This document shows, one piece after another, positions 16,737 to 25,084 of a stretch of 43,959 bases of DNA. How positions within the stretch are numbered: position 1 is the first letter of the stretch; each line of letters begins with the position of its first letter. Position numbers and translations under genes: made by a program. The notes under the pieces were generated by a model that saw only the letters and a list, made by a program, of their open reading frames with translations, was not told where the DNA came from and did no database searches. This DNA is from a virus: UHGV virus genome UHGV-1376934; one strand, written 5' to 3'.

Positions 16737-16899
16737 GGCAAAAGAAAAAAAACAGCCGAAATCCCCGGTCTACATCTGCAGCCAGTGCGGGCAGGAGATA
16801 AGCGGGGACCATGTATATATCAAGACCAGGCGGCGGACGGAGCTGCACATACACTTCGGATGCATGCCGGTAGGAAGGAGAAGAGAAGATGAAGGTTAG
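16726..16899 (+). CDS. Small zinc-ribbon-like protein, 57 aa.
   Basis: CSQCGQE...HIHFGC. Overlaps neighbours in a coupled arrangement. Confidence 0.35.
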   Translation: MAIKAKEKKQPKSPVYICSQCGQEISGDHVYIKTRRRTELHIHFGCMPVGRRREDEG

Positions 16900-17440
16900 G
16901 ATATCAATGCCAGGAGCATGTATGGTGATGGACATGGAGGAGGGCCAGGCACGGATGACGTTCCACAAGATGGCAGAGTTAATGTGGTTGATTGGTGAAA
17001 AGAGCCATAAGCCGGCGGAAGAAGCAGATATGGAACCAGAAGAGGTTCCGGAACCGGTGAGAGAAGTCTATCCAGGCCAGAAGAAACAGGAGGCTGAGAC
17101 AGTGATGGAAACTGGGGTTCCAGAAAAGGAAAACGAAGAACCGGCGCCTAAAATTATCTCCGCAGGGTATGGAGGATATCTGTACATGAAATGCTCTGCC
17201 TGTGGAAAGACCAGGGGCTTCTGTGCCAAGACGCGGCTGAATCATTACCGGTGTGAATGTGGGGCCGTAACGAGGATGGAAAGTATGGTCCCTCTGTATA
17301 TGAGATGTGAGTGCGGAAGACAGGCCAGGTATCTGACCAATATGACAGAGGATGAATTTGACATAACCTGCTATGACTGTGGGGCGCCGGTGGCAGTGCG
17401 GTGGAACGATAAGAAGGGGCAGTATGAGCCGATGTGCTGA
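16889..17440 (+). CDS. Cys-rich protein with multiple zinc-ribbon motifs, 183 aa.
   Basis: CSACGKT...CECG...CECGRQ...CYDCGAP give four CxxC pairs. Acidic linker. Confidence 0.5.
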   Translation: MKVRISMPGACMVMDMEEGQARMTFHKMAELMWLIGEKSHKPAEEADMEPEEVPEPVREVYPGQKKQEAETVMETGVPEKENEEPAPKIISAGYGGYLYMKCSACGKTRGFCAKTRLNHYRCECGAVTRMESMVPLYMRCECGRQARYLTNMTEDEFDITCYDCGAPVAVRWNDKKGQYEPMC

Positions 17441-19449
17441 TGGAGGGGAAGCCAATGGATGAAGTAATGCAGTGGTATGAACGTGACATGACCCTCGAGC
17501 AGGCCATGGACGGCATAGAGACCAACATGCGGTCATCAGTCAGGAACTACATAGCGGTTGGGTTTTACCTAAAGGCCATCCGGGACAGAAAACTCTTCCA
17601 GGAGGCTGGATATAAGAATTTTGAGGAATTCGTCCGTGACAAATACGACCGCGATAAAGGATGGGCCAGCCGATGCATCAAGGTCAATGACCAGCTGAGT
17701 AAGGACGGGAACAGCCCCGTCCTGGCGGAAGGGTATAGGGATTACAGTGTCTCACAACTGGTAGAACTGGCGTATCTGACCGAAGAACAGCGGACTCTGG
17801 CCAATCCGGATATGACAGTGAAGCAGCTGCAGGCTATTCGGAAGCCGGAACCTCAGCTGGAAAAGGAAGTTGTGACATTACAACCGGAGCTGAAGGAACA
17901 TGAGGGAGAGCTGAGAGAAAAAGTTGTAACATCACAACTGGATGAAGGAGCTGAAAAAGAGCCGGAAGTAATACATTTCACTGCTGGAAACAGAACGATA
18001 GACAATGCTTATGGAGCTACTATTGCCGCGGTTGTAGGAGCATACCTGGATGCCGGATATGCTAGACCCGAAAAAGAGTGTGAAGTTATTGCTTTTGGAC
18101 TATCATACAAAGTTCTTAAACGACAGGACGTTACAGTTTTTTACACGGATTTGGGACGGACCGTATTCGACGTAGAAAATACCCGTCTGGAGGAAGAATA
18201 CCAATTCCGACACAGAATAAAGCCAGAGCCGGCCCCGCAGGATGAAGAACCAGAGCCTGAGCCGGAACTACCAAAGACAGAGCAGACCCAGTTAGAGAAG
18301 TCCGGTAAGTGCATCCACCGGCCAGAATTTGACTGCACCCTGGAGGAGGCCCATAAGCTCATCCCGGGAACTGGGGAGGACTGCAGCCGGATGTGCTGCT
18401 GGGAATGCATCAGGCGCGGTGACTGTGAGTTGGAATGTTACAGTTCACAGCGGCGCCCGGAACATCTGGAACCTCCAAAGGCAGAGCCGGATTGTCAATC
18501 ACTGGATGCTGCGGATGTGCAGCAGGTGAAAACAGCCATCCCTTCCCAGGAGGAATGTATTCTGGACTTCTATCAGCATCACATGTCCATGCCGTGTGCG
18601 CAGGCCGTCAATGACAGGAATGCGAAACTGCTGAGGCAGGAGCTGATAATCAATCACGGGGAACCCCATAACAGCGGGTCAACGGAGTACGGCTTTTATC
18701 AATGCGGCCCGGAACGGATTCATTTTCAGGATAATATGTGCGAGACATTTCTGAGCTTGACCTGGGGTAAGTACGTAAAGGAATTACTCAACCTCTTGGG
18801 AAGTGCTGAGGATGAGGCATCTGAACATGAAAACGATGTCCCCGATATGCCAGAATGCCAGGAACCCGTGATTGATGGTGAATTCACGGAGATTCCAGAA
18901 ACGGAGGAGGACATCCAGGACCCGGAGGAACCCATGACCGAGCTGCAGATTGCCCGGGATGAACTGGAACGTGCAAAAAAACTGCTTAATGCCGGACTGG
19001 GATGCGGGGTGGACGAAAACGACACCCATATCCGCCGGCTGAAAATAAAGGTTTGCGCCCTGGCCAGCTATGTGTGCGATTTGGATGACATCGTGAATCC
19101 GCCGCCGCAGCCAGAGCAGCCGGAACTGCCGGTGCTTAAGAACAATGACCAACGGGCTGCCTTCGTGGATGCATATGAGATGTGGCCGTTATGGATTGAG
19201 ACGAAACAGACCGGAGAGCGGTACTATCGGTATGACCTGGAGGACGGGACCAGCATGGTGGTCAAGGTATACCACGCAAGGATGTTTGGTGGGTACAAGG
19301 ATGGGAGCTATGAGGCCCAATATTATGATGGCTACGGCCGGCATGAGTACTATCTGCTGCGGGATGGGAAGTTATTCCGGGATTGTGAGACGAACAGGGG
19401 GTTATTGATTGAGAAACTGAAAGAGATTCAGAAGGTGAAGAAAGGATAG
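17440..19449 (+). CDS. Large hypothetical early/middle protein, about 670 aa. It has acidic Pro/Glu-rich linkers, a C-terminal Cys cluster and an internal imperfect tandem repeat at about 17850-17960.
   Basis: Long ORF on the coding strand. The start overlaps the upstream stop (ATGA at 17440). The ORF track offers GTG 17434. Confidence 0.55.
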   Translation: MEGKPMDEVMQWYERDMTLEQAMDGIETNMRSSVRNYIAVGFYLKAIRDRKLFQEAGYKNFEEFVRDKYDRDKGWASRCIKVNDQLSKDGNSPVLAEGYRDYSVSQLVELAYLTEEQRTLANPDMTVKQLQAIRKPEPQLEKEVVTLQPELKEHEGELREKVVTSQLDEGAEKEPEVIHFTAGNRTIDNAYGATIAAVVGAYLDAGYARPEKECEVIAFGLSYKVLKRQDVTVFYTDLGRTVFDVENTRLEEEYQFRHRIKPEPAPQDEEPEPEPELPKTEQTQLEKSGKCIHRPEFDCTLEEAHKLIPGTGEDCSRMCCWECIRRGDCELECYSSQRRPEHLEPPKAEPDCQSLDAADVQQVKTAIPSQEECILDFYQHHMSMPCAQAVNDRNAKLLRQELIINHGEPHNSGSTEYGFYQCGPERIHFQDNMCETFLSLTWGKYVKELLNLLGSAEDEASEHENDVPDMPECQEPVIDGEFTEIPETEEDIQDPEEPMTELQIARDELERAKKLLNAGLGCGVDENDTHIRRLKIKVCALASYVCDLDDIVNPPPQPEQPELPVLKNNDQRAAFVDAYEMWPLWIETKQTGERYYRYDLEDGTSMVVKVYHARMFGGYKDGSYEAQYYDGYGRHEYYLLRDGKLFRDCETNRGLLIEKLKEIQKVKKG

Positions 19450-19457
19450 GATGTACA

Positions 19458-20093
19458 ATGTCAGAAAAAATGATTGAAAACAACAAAGTAAGTGTAATTG
19501 GTGGGATTGTATCGGAATTTACCTTTAGCCATGAAGCTTTTGGAGAAGGCTTTTATCTGGTGGATGCTGCTGTGAAGCGGCTCAGTGGCCAGGCGGATAC
19601 CCTGCCGTTAATGGTGTCAGAGCGTCTGCTGGATGTGCACCGGGATTATTCCGGTGATACGATGGAGGCCATTGGCCAGTTCCATTCCTACAACCGCCAT
19701 GAGGGCGCCAGAAACCGCCTGGAGCTGTCCGTTTTTGTCCGGGAGGTCCGTTTCATGGAGGAATTTACAGATTATACAAAGACAAATCAGATATCCCTGG
19801 ATGGCTACCTTTGTAAGCCGCCGGTTTATCGCAGGACTCCCCTGGGACGTGAGATAGCGGATATCCTTCTGGCCGTCAACCGGCCGTATGGCAAGTCTGA
19901 TTACATACCTTGCATCAGCTGGGGCCGGAATGCCCGGTATGTAACTAGTCTTGAGGTGGGGACTAGGGTGAGGACATGGGGCCGGGTACAGAGTAGGGAA
20001 TATGTGAAGCAACTAAGTGAGACTGAGTGTGAGAAACGGATTGCGTATGAGGTCTCAATCAGCAGACTGGAGGAGGTTAAGGATTATGTTTGA
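19458..20093 (+). CDS. SSB-like OB-fold protein, a second ssDNA-binding paralog, 211 aa.
   Basis: N-terminus NKVSVIGGIVSEFTF and C-terminal segment SDYIPCISWGRNARYV...GTRVRTWGRVQSREY resemble SSB beta-strand patterns. Confidence 0.4.
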   Translation: MSEKMIENNKVSVIGGIVSEFTFSHEAFGEGFYLVDAAVKRLSGQADTLPLMVSERLLDVHRDYSGDTMEAIGQFHSYNRHEGARNRLELSVFVREVRFMEEFTDYTKTNQISLDGYLCKPPVYRRTPLGREIADILLAVNRPYGKSDYIPCISWGRNARYVTSLEVGTRVRTWGRVQSREYVKQLSETECEKRIAYEVSISRLEEVKDYV

Positions 20094-20262
20094 GAAACAG
20101 ATTGATATGATAGAGGCCTTGCGGCAGGACGTGATAAGGCAGATGTAGACGTACCAGAAAGGATGCCATTTTCCAATCAAGCCCTAGGTGAATTTATCTG
20201 GCGGTCAACTTGCCAATTAACAGTGTGGAATTCGTGGATTGGATAGTCAACAAAATAAGAAG

Positions 20263-20279
20263 GTTATCGGCTTAGGCAG
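20263..20279 (+). repeat. Left arm of a 17-bp inverted repeat, GTTATCGGCTTAGGCAG.
   Basis: Reverse complement of 20479-20495 (CTGCCTAAACCGATAAC), 16 of 17 matching. Confidence 0.7.
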
Positions 20280-20441
20280 ACTGGCATACCATTGCCAACG
20301 ACCCAGCTAATACTAAAAGATACTAATACAGTAAAAAAGGCTGAAATAACATTATACATTGGCCTCACTCCTTTAAGTGAATCGCTAAATGATAGAAATA
20401 AACTTGCGATAACAAGGAAAACAAAAATAGGAAATGTATTA

Positions 20442-20495
20442 GCTAAGTGCATGGATTCGAACCATGTAGGGTCTACCACTGCCTAAACCGATAAC
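20442..20495 (-). other. tRNA-derived fragment on the minus strand. It has a D-loop-like GCAGTGGTAGA, T-arm CATGG-TTCGAAT-CCATG and acceptor-3' CACTTAGC. It is fused to the right arm of the inverted repeat. It is not a complete tRNA.
   Basis: Minus-strand sequence GTTATCGGTTTAGGCAGTGGTAGACCCTACATGGTTCGAATCCATGCACTTAGC contains the canonical T-loop GGTTCGAATCC with a perfect 5-bp T-stem. No matching 5' acceptor strand or anticodon arm was found. Confidence 0.45.
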
Positions 20496-20567
20496 GTTTA
20501 TATATTAACATATTGTGATAAAAATTGCAATAACACTGATATTTTCAATATAAAGGGAGGTGTCCGA

Positions 20568-20786
20568 TTGAGGATAAGAGGCAGTAAGCAGTCCAAGGTC
20601 AACCGCATCGACCGCAGCAAGGCTCTGGCGGCCCAGGCAGACGAGGCCGTAAAGGAGCGCATCCGGACGGCGCCGGCCTACATGTATACCAGCCTGTGTC
20701 CAGTTCCGGAGTTGCGCCGGCCGCCGAAGGGAGTGATACGGTATCATGAGACACTGCTACATAGACAACGGGCGTCACGGGTGTGA
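20568..20786 (+). CDS. Small basic hypothetical protein, 72 aa, TTG start.
   Basis: aagggagg RBS 7 nt before TTG 20568. Confidence 0.4.
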   Translation: MRIRGSKQSKVNRIDRSKALAAQADEAVKERIRTAPAYMYTSLCPVPELRRPPKGVIRYHETLLHRQRASRV

Positions 20787-20866
20787 TGGCCAGAGGACCA
20801 ACAAGGGCAGGATACGGTACGGGTGCTGGTCATGTCCGTATCTGGATGCGGGAGGAGGTGATGCCG

Positions 20867-21334
20867 ATGGACAAAGACATTCTAGTGGTGTATGCGGATG
20901 CCAGGGCCAGGATAAGGCTGGTGCGGGAACAGACGGAGAAGAAGCGCCGTAGGCTTGAGAAGCTGGAGCAGAAGGGAGTACGGGTATCGGATTCCGTGTC
21001 CTGCGGAAAGAGGGGAAAGAAATCGCTGGCAACTGTGAGGATTACGGGATACCCAGTTCCTGAACATGACAGAGCCAAAAGAGAATATGAGAAGCAGTAT
21101 AGCAATTTGATGCGAGAGGAACAAGAGCTTCTGGAGCTTCAGACACAGGTGGAGGAGTACATATCCGGTTTGGATGATATTGAGATACGCAATATAATGA
21201 CTCTGTATTATGTGGAGGACATGACCTGGATACAGGTGGCGCACGGCATGAACCGGATATATCAGAGCAAGAACCGGTGTTATACAGATAGCAGTTGCAG
21301 GCAGAAACATGATAGATTTTTAGACAAATTATAA
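20867..21334 (+). CDS. Putative late-gene transcriptional activator (ArpU/DUF1492-like, sigma-70 region-4-like HTH), about 155 aa.
   Basis: C-terminal segment IEIRNIMTLYYVEDMTWIQVAHGMNRIYQS resembles sigma region 4 / HTH. Positioned just upstream of the packaging module. ggaggaggtga SD. Confidence 0.45.
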   Translation: MDKDILVVYADARARIRLVREQTEKKRRRLEKLEQKGVRVSDSVSCGKRGKKSLATVRITGYPVPEHDRAKREYEKQYSNLMREEQELLELQTQVEEYISGLDDIEIRNIMTLYYVEDMTWIQVAHGMNRIYQSKNRCYTDSSCRQKHDRFLDKL

Positions 21335-21597
21335 AAACGGCGGTTTTGGCGGTTTTTATGTGGTAATATTTAAGCTGGAAGTGGTGTAAAAGCCGCTTTC
21401 AATCCTCCCCCATTATAAGCAACGGCCGCTAGGTATCATAGCCTGGTGGCTGACTAACCGGTATTGTGTAATCCCTCATAAGACAGACCTGTACTTTCAC
21501 GGGACAATGCCGCAGGGTATGCAAGCGGTGAGGTATCTGGTTTTATCCCCCGTGACGTTTTCCAGATACATAGATTGATTTTCTCCTTTGGATTAGT

Positions 21598-21630
21598 CCC
21601 TGCCAGTGCGGCGGGGGCTTTTCTTTTGTC
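21598..21630 (+). terminator. Rho-independent terminator: CCCTGCC-agtgc-GGCGGGG followed by CTTTTCTTTTGTC.
   Basis: 7-bp stem (one G-U wobble) and a U-rich tail, read directly. Confidence 0.55.
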
Positions 21631-21672
21631 GGATTTTGATGTATGATGGAAGAAAAAGTTGGGGAGGATTCA

Positions 21673-22314
21673 ATGGATAGAAAAAGTTTTATGAGAAACT
21701 ATTGGATGTATTATCTTATGCTGGAAGAAAGATTTATTCAATCTACAAGATATATAGAACCAGTAGAGGATAATGAGGAAGTATATTCACTTGAATATGT
21801 AAATCAGCTTCAGGCAATTGGATCGGAAATTGATGTATTGATGAAAGTAATATGCAATATTTCTCAAAGCGCACGCAAAACAATAGCTGATTATTATCCA
21901 ATAATTGTCCATAAAATACCAAACATTACAACATATCGAGTAAGATGTTATAATTTTGAGTTTAAACCGTTTGAAACGTGGCTACAGGCCCAACCGTCAC
22001 AAAGTTTGTTTTGGTGGGATGCGTATAACCAAATAAAGCACGGTCGTGTAGAAAAATTCAAGTTTGCAAATATGAAGGTTGTAATGTATGCATTATCGGC
22101 ATTGTGTTTATTGGAATTGCTCTATTTAAAAGAGATAGTAAAAAATCAACAGCTTTTAGATAGGCCAGATAGAGAATCAGAAATTTTTAGATTTCCAGAC
22201 ATTAATTATCAATATATAAATGTTGGAGGGGGACTTATTCTCGAAATGAGAAGTTCTCAGAAAGATGATCCGGCGGAAGTTGATACCCTTATATTGGATG
22301 GGGGAAGCTTGTAG
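21673..22314 (+). CDS. Hypothetical protein of 213 aa in an AT-rich moron. Possible defence or abortive-infection cargo, function unknown.
   Basis: ggggagga RBS before ATG 21673. Its codon composition is strongly AT-rich and differs from the surrounding phage genes. Flanked by a terminator upstream and a convergent minus-strand operon downstream. Confidence 0.6.
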   Translation: MDRKSFMRNYWMYYLMLEERFIQSTRYIEPVEDNEEVYSLEYVNQLQAIGSEIDVLMKVICNISQSARKTIADYYPIIVHKIPNITTYRVRCYNFEFKPFETWLQAQPSQSLFWWDAYNQIKHGRVEKFKFANMKVVMYALSALCLLELLYLKEIVKNQQLLDRPDRESEIFRFPDINYQYINVGGGLILEMRSSQKDDPAEVDTLILDGGSL

Positions 22315-22378
22315 AACTTTGAGGGGCCGCCTCCGGACGGCCCTTTTCATACCCCAAAACAAACAAAGAAAAGGCAGC

Positions 22379-22570
22379 CTAATCGGCCGCCTCATCCTCA
22401 GAAATGAAAGTGTTTATAAATTTTTTGATTTCCGTTGTGGGAGTGGTTCCTAGCTCGTCGCATTTGGCTTTGAATGCCTCTAGGACATCAGGCTTTAGGT
22501 CGAGAGGGAAACGAACATATTTGGTGCGCAGGTGTTTTTGCTGAGACGCATATTTCTTTTCTTCTGGCAT
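22379..22570 (-). CDS. Ribbon-helix-helix (CopG/antitoxin-like) small DNA-binding protein, 63 aa.
   Basis: aaggaggcc RBS. Predicted beta-strand TKYVRFPLDL, then helices DVLEAFKAKCDELG and TTEIKKFINTFI. Confidence 0.5.
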   Translation of the reverse strand: MPEEKKYASQQKHLRTKYVRFPLDLKPDVLEAFKAKCDELGTTPTTEIKKFINTFISEDEAAD

Positions 22571-22581
22571 GATAGGCCTCC

Positions 22582-22674
22582 TTAAAATAAGAGTTTGATT
22601 AAACCAATGACAATGATAATTAGCCAAAGGATGGAAACAATAAGATGGAATAGGTTTTTTACATTTCTTCTCAT
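22582..22674 (-). CDS. Small hydrophobic peptide, 30 aa (MRRNVKNLFHLIVSILWLIIIVIGLIKLLF). Type-I-toxin-like or TM peptide.
   Basis: Basic N-terminus plus a single TM helix. Its stop overlaps the RBS of the RHH gene. No clear SD of its own. Confidence 0.3.
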   Translation of the reverse strand: MRRNVKNLFHLIVSILWLIIIVIGLIKLLF

Positions 22675-22733
22675 ATTGTTTTTAGAATGGATATGTGTTA
22701 TATTTTAGGTGGGGAGGTTTCCCTCCCCTTTGG

Positions 22734-22847
22734 TTAGCGGATACTCTCTACAATCATTTTAATGACTGCTATGAGAGTTCCAATTTCTAAGGCAAGCTGT
22801 GTAAGTGCTCGAACCACTTTTATTAGCTTGCCTATTTGTTTATCCAT
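22734..22847 (-). CDS. Small amphipathic/hydrophobic peptide, 37 aa (MDKQIGKLIKVVRALTQLALEIGTLIAVIKMIVESIR).
   Basis: Strong RBS gaaaggaggtgatacgga before ATG. Followed by a perfect hairpin GGGGAGG-tttc-CCTCCCC (22711-22728). Confidence 0.45.
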   Translation of the reverse strand: MDKQIGKLIKVVRALTQLALEIGTLIAVIKMIVESIR

Positions 22848-22987
22848 TCCGTATCACCTCCTTTCTATGATTTAATTATAGCATATACGTACGTATATGT
22901 CAAGCAAAATATAGATATTTATAAGATTTTTTGCATCTGCGGATACCTGCAGGTGCTTTTATTATGCCATAACAAGAGGTGGTGATT

Positions 22988-23704
22988 ATGCCAAGACCCA
23001 GGAGCCCTAACAGGGACAAAGCACTGCAGCTATGGCTGGACAGTGGGCGGAAACGCCAGTTGAAAGATATAGCTGCTGAGTTGCAGGTATCAGAAGAACA
23101 GATTCGTAAATGGAAAAATCAAGATAAGTGGGATAAAGTAACGTTACCAAATGCAAAAGGTAACGTTACTAATCATAAAGGGGCTCCTGTAGGTAATCAA
23201 AATGCTGTTGGCCATGGGGCGCCGAAACAGAATAAGAACGCAGAAAAATACGGTTTCTTTAGTAAGTACCTACCTGAGGAGACCGTTTCCATTATCCAGG
23301 AGATGCCCACGGACCCGCTGGACATCCTTTGGGACCAGGTGCAGATAGCCTATGCTGCCATCATCCGGGCACAGTCCATCATGTATGTGAGGGACCAGAA
23401 GGATGTGACCATCACTAAGATAGGCCAGAAGGACGGCGAGACAGTCACGGAGGAGCGTTGGGAGGTGCAGCAGGCCTGGGACAAGCAGGGCAACTTCCTG
23501 CAGGCGCAGGCCCGGGCCCAGAAGACGCTGGAGGGGCTTATCAAACAGTATGATGAACTCCTGCATAAAAACTGGGAACTGGCCAGCGAGGAGCAGAAGG
23601 CGCGGATAGCACAGATGAGGGCCCAGACAGATAAGCTTACTGGGAACAACCAGGAGCTGGAGGATATGGACGGGATAGAGGGGGATATCTATGGCAGTAG
23701 CTAA
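22988..23704 (+). CDS. terS: Terminase small subunit.
   Basis: N-terminal HTH-like segment RDKALQLWLDSGRKRQLKDIAAELQVSEEQIRKWK. Coiled-coil C-terminus. Directly upstream of the large terminase. agaggtggtga RBS. Confidence 0.7.
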   Translation: MPRPRSPNRDKALQLWLDSGRKRQLKDIAAELQVSEEQIRKWKNQDKWDKVTLPNAKGNVTNHKGAPVGNQNAVGHGAPKQNKNAEKYGFFSKYLPEETVSIIQEMPTDPLDILWDQVQIAYAAIIRAQSIMYVRDQKDVTITKIGQKDGETVTEERWEVQQAWDKQGNFLQAQARAQKTLEGLIKQYDELLHKNWELASEEQKARIAQMRAQTDKLTGNNQELEDMDGIEGDIYGSS

Positions 23705-25070
23705 TCGGTTCACCAGGAAAAGGACCATTCCTTTTAATTTCTCTGAAAAGCATAAGGAGTACATCCGCAAGTGCGAGGCCAACATGTATAACGTGGCCGA
23801 GGGGGCCGTCCGTGCAGGCAAGACGGTTGACAACGTGTTTGCCTTTGCACATGAGCTTAAGACTACACCGGACCGTATTCACCTGGCTACCGGTTCCACG
23901 ATGGCCAATGCAAAGCTTAACATTGGGGATGCCAATGGCTTTGGGCTTGAATGGATATTCCGGGGACAGTGCCATTGGGGGAAGTACAAGGATAACGAAG
24001 CTCTGTTTGTCAAGGGTCCGGATACCAGGTGGAAGCAAAGGATAATCATCTTTGCTGGCGCCGCCAAGGAAGACAGCTATAAGAAAATCCGTGGAAACTC
24101 CTATGGCATGTGGATTGCAACGGAAATCAACCTGCATCATGACAACACCATCAAGGAGGCATTCAACCGTCAGCTGGCTGCCCGTCGGTTGAAAGTGTTC
24201 TGGGACCTTAACCCGGACAATCCGCGTGCGCCAATCTACTCAGATTACATAGATAAGTACCAGGCCCAGGCCGATGTGGGTGACTTCCCTGGCGGATACA
24301 ACTACATGCACTGTACCATCTATGACAACATCAACATCTCCCAGGAGCGTCTGAGGGAGGTTGAGAGCAGGTACGACAAGAACAGCATCTGGTACCTGCG
24401 GGACATCAAGGGGATGCGTGTGGTGGCCAATGGGCTCATCTACCGCCGGTTTGCGGATGATACAAGTACCAAGCAATACACGTTCCGCCTGTCTGATAAG
24501 CCCAAGGATATCATGGAGATTATCCTGGGGATTGACTTTGGCGGCAGTGGTTCCGGCCATGCTTTCACGGCCACAGCCATCACCAGGGGATACCATAACG
24601 TAGCTGTCCTGGCATCGGAATGGATTGGCTGCAAGGACGAGAAGGGGAACCAGATAGAGATTGACCCAGAAATGCTGGGGACCATGTTCTGTAACTTCTG
24701 CCAGAAGATTATCAGCAGGTACGGGTACATTACAACGGTCTATGCAGACAGTGCAGAGCAGACGCTGATATCTGGCATCCGAAGTAGTCTGCGTAAACAT
24801 GGATTTGGATGGGTGCGTGTAGAAAATGCACTGAAAACTGAAATTAATGACAGGATTAACGCCACCGCCATACTGATGGCGCAGGGGCGTTTTTACTATG
24901 TCCGGGGAGAGTGTCAGAGCCTTGTGGATGCCCTAAGTACAGCGGTGTGGGACCCAAAGGAATTGACGAAGAACGTCCGGTTAGATGATGGTACAAGCGA
25001 TATTGACAGCCTGGACAGCTTTGAGTATACATTTGAACGGCAGATTAGCAGACTCATAAAGTATGGATAG
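23691..25070 (+). CDS. terL: Terminase large subunit.
   Basis: Walker A GAVRAGKT near the N-terminus. 459 aa. Overlaps terS. Followed by the portal gene. Confidence 0.8.
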   Translation: MAVANRFTRKRTIPFNFSEKHKEYIRKCEANMYNVAEGAVRAGKTVDNVFAFAHELKTTPDRIHLATGSTMANAKLNIGDANGFGLEWIFRGQCHWGKYKDNEALFVKGPDTRWKQRIIIFAGAAKEDSYKKIRGNSYGMWIATEINLHHDNTIKEAFNRQLAARRLKVFWDLNPDNPRAPIYSDYIDKYQAQADVGDFPGGYNYMHCTIYDNINISQERLREVESRYDKNSIWYLRDIKGMRVVANGLIYRRFADDTSTKQYTFRLSDKPKDIMEIILGIDFGGSGSGHAFTATAITRGYHNVAVLASEWIGCKDEKGNQIEIDPEMLGTMFCNFCQKIISRYGYITTVYADSAEQTLISGIRSSLRKHGFGWVRVENALKTEINDRINATAILMAQGRFYYVRGECQSLVDALSTAVWDPKELTKNVRLDDGTSDIDSLDSFEYTFERQISRLIKYG

Positions 25071-25084
25071 GAGGTGAGGGGAAG

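Noticed and set aside
20442-20520. A complete tRNA gene on the minus strand containing GGTTCGAATCC.
   Set aside because: Only the T-arm, the acceptor 3' strand and a D-loop-like piece are present. No complementary 5' acceptor strand (GCTAAGTG) or anticodon arm could be found upstream. It is called a tRNA-derived fragment, not a tRNA.
21334-21362. Terminator after the late-activator gene (aaaaacggcggttttggcggttttt).
   Set aside because: GGCGG units are direct, not inverted, repeats. Only a weak 5-bp A/T stem can form. Not convincing.
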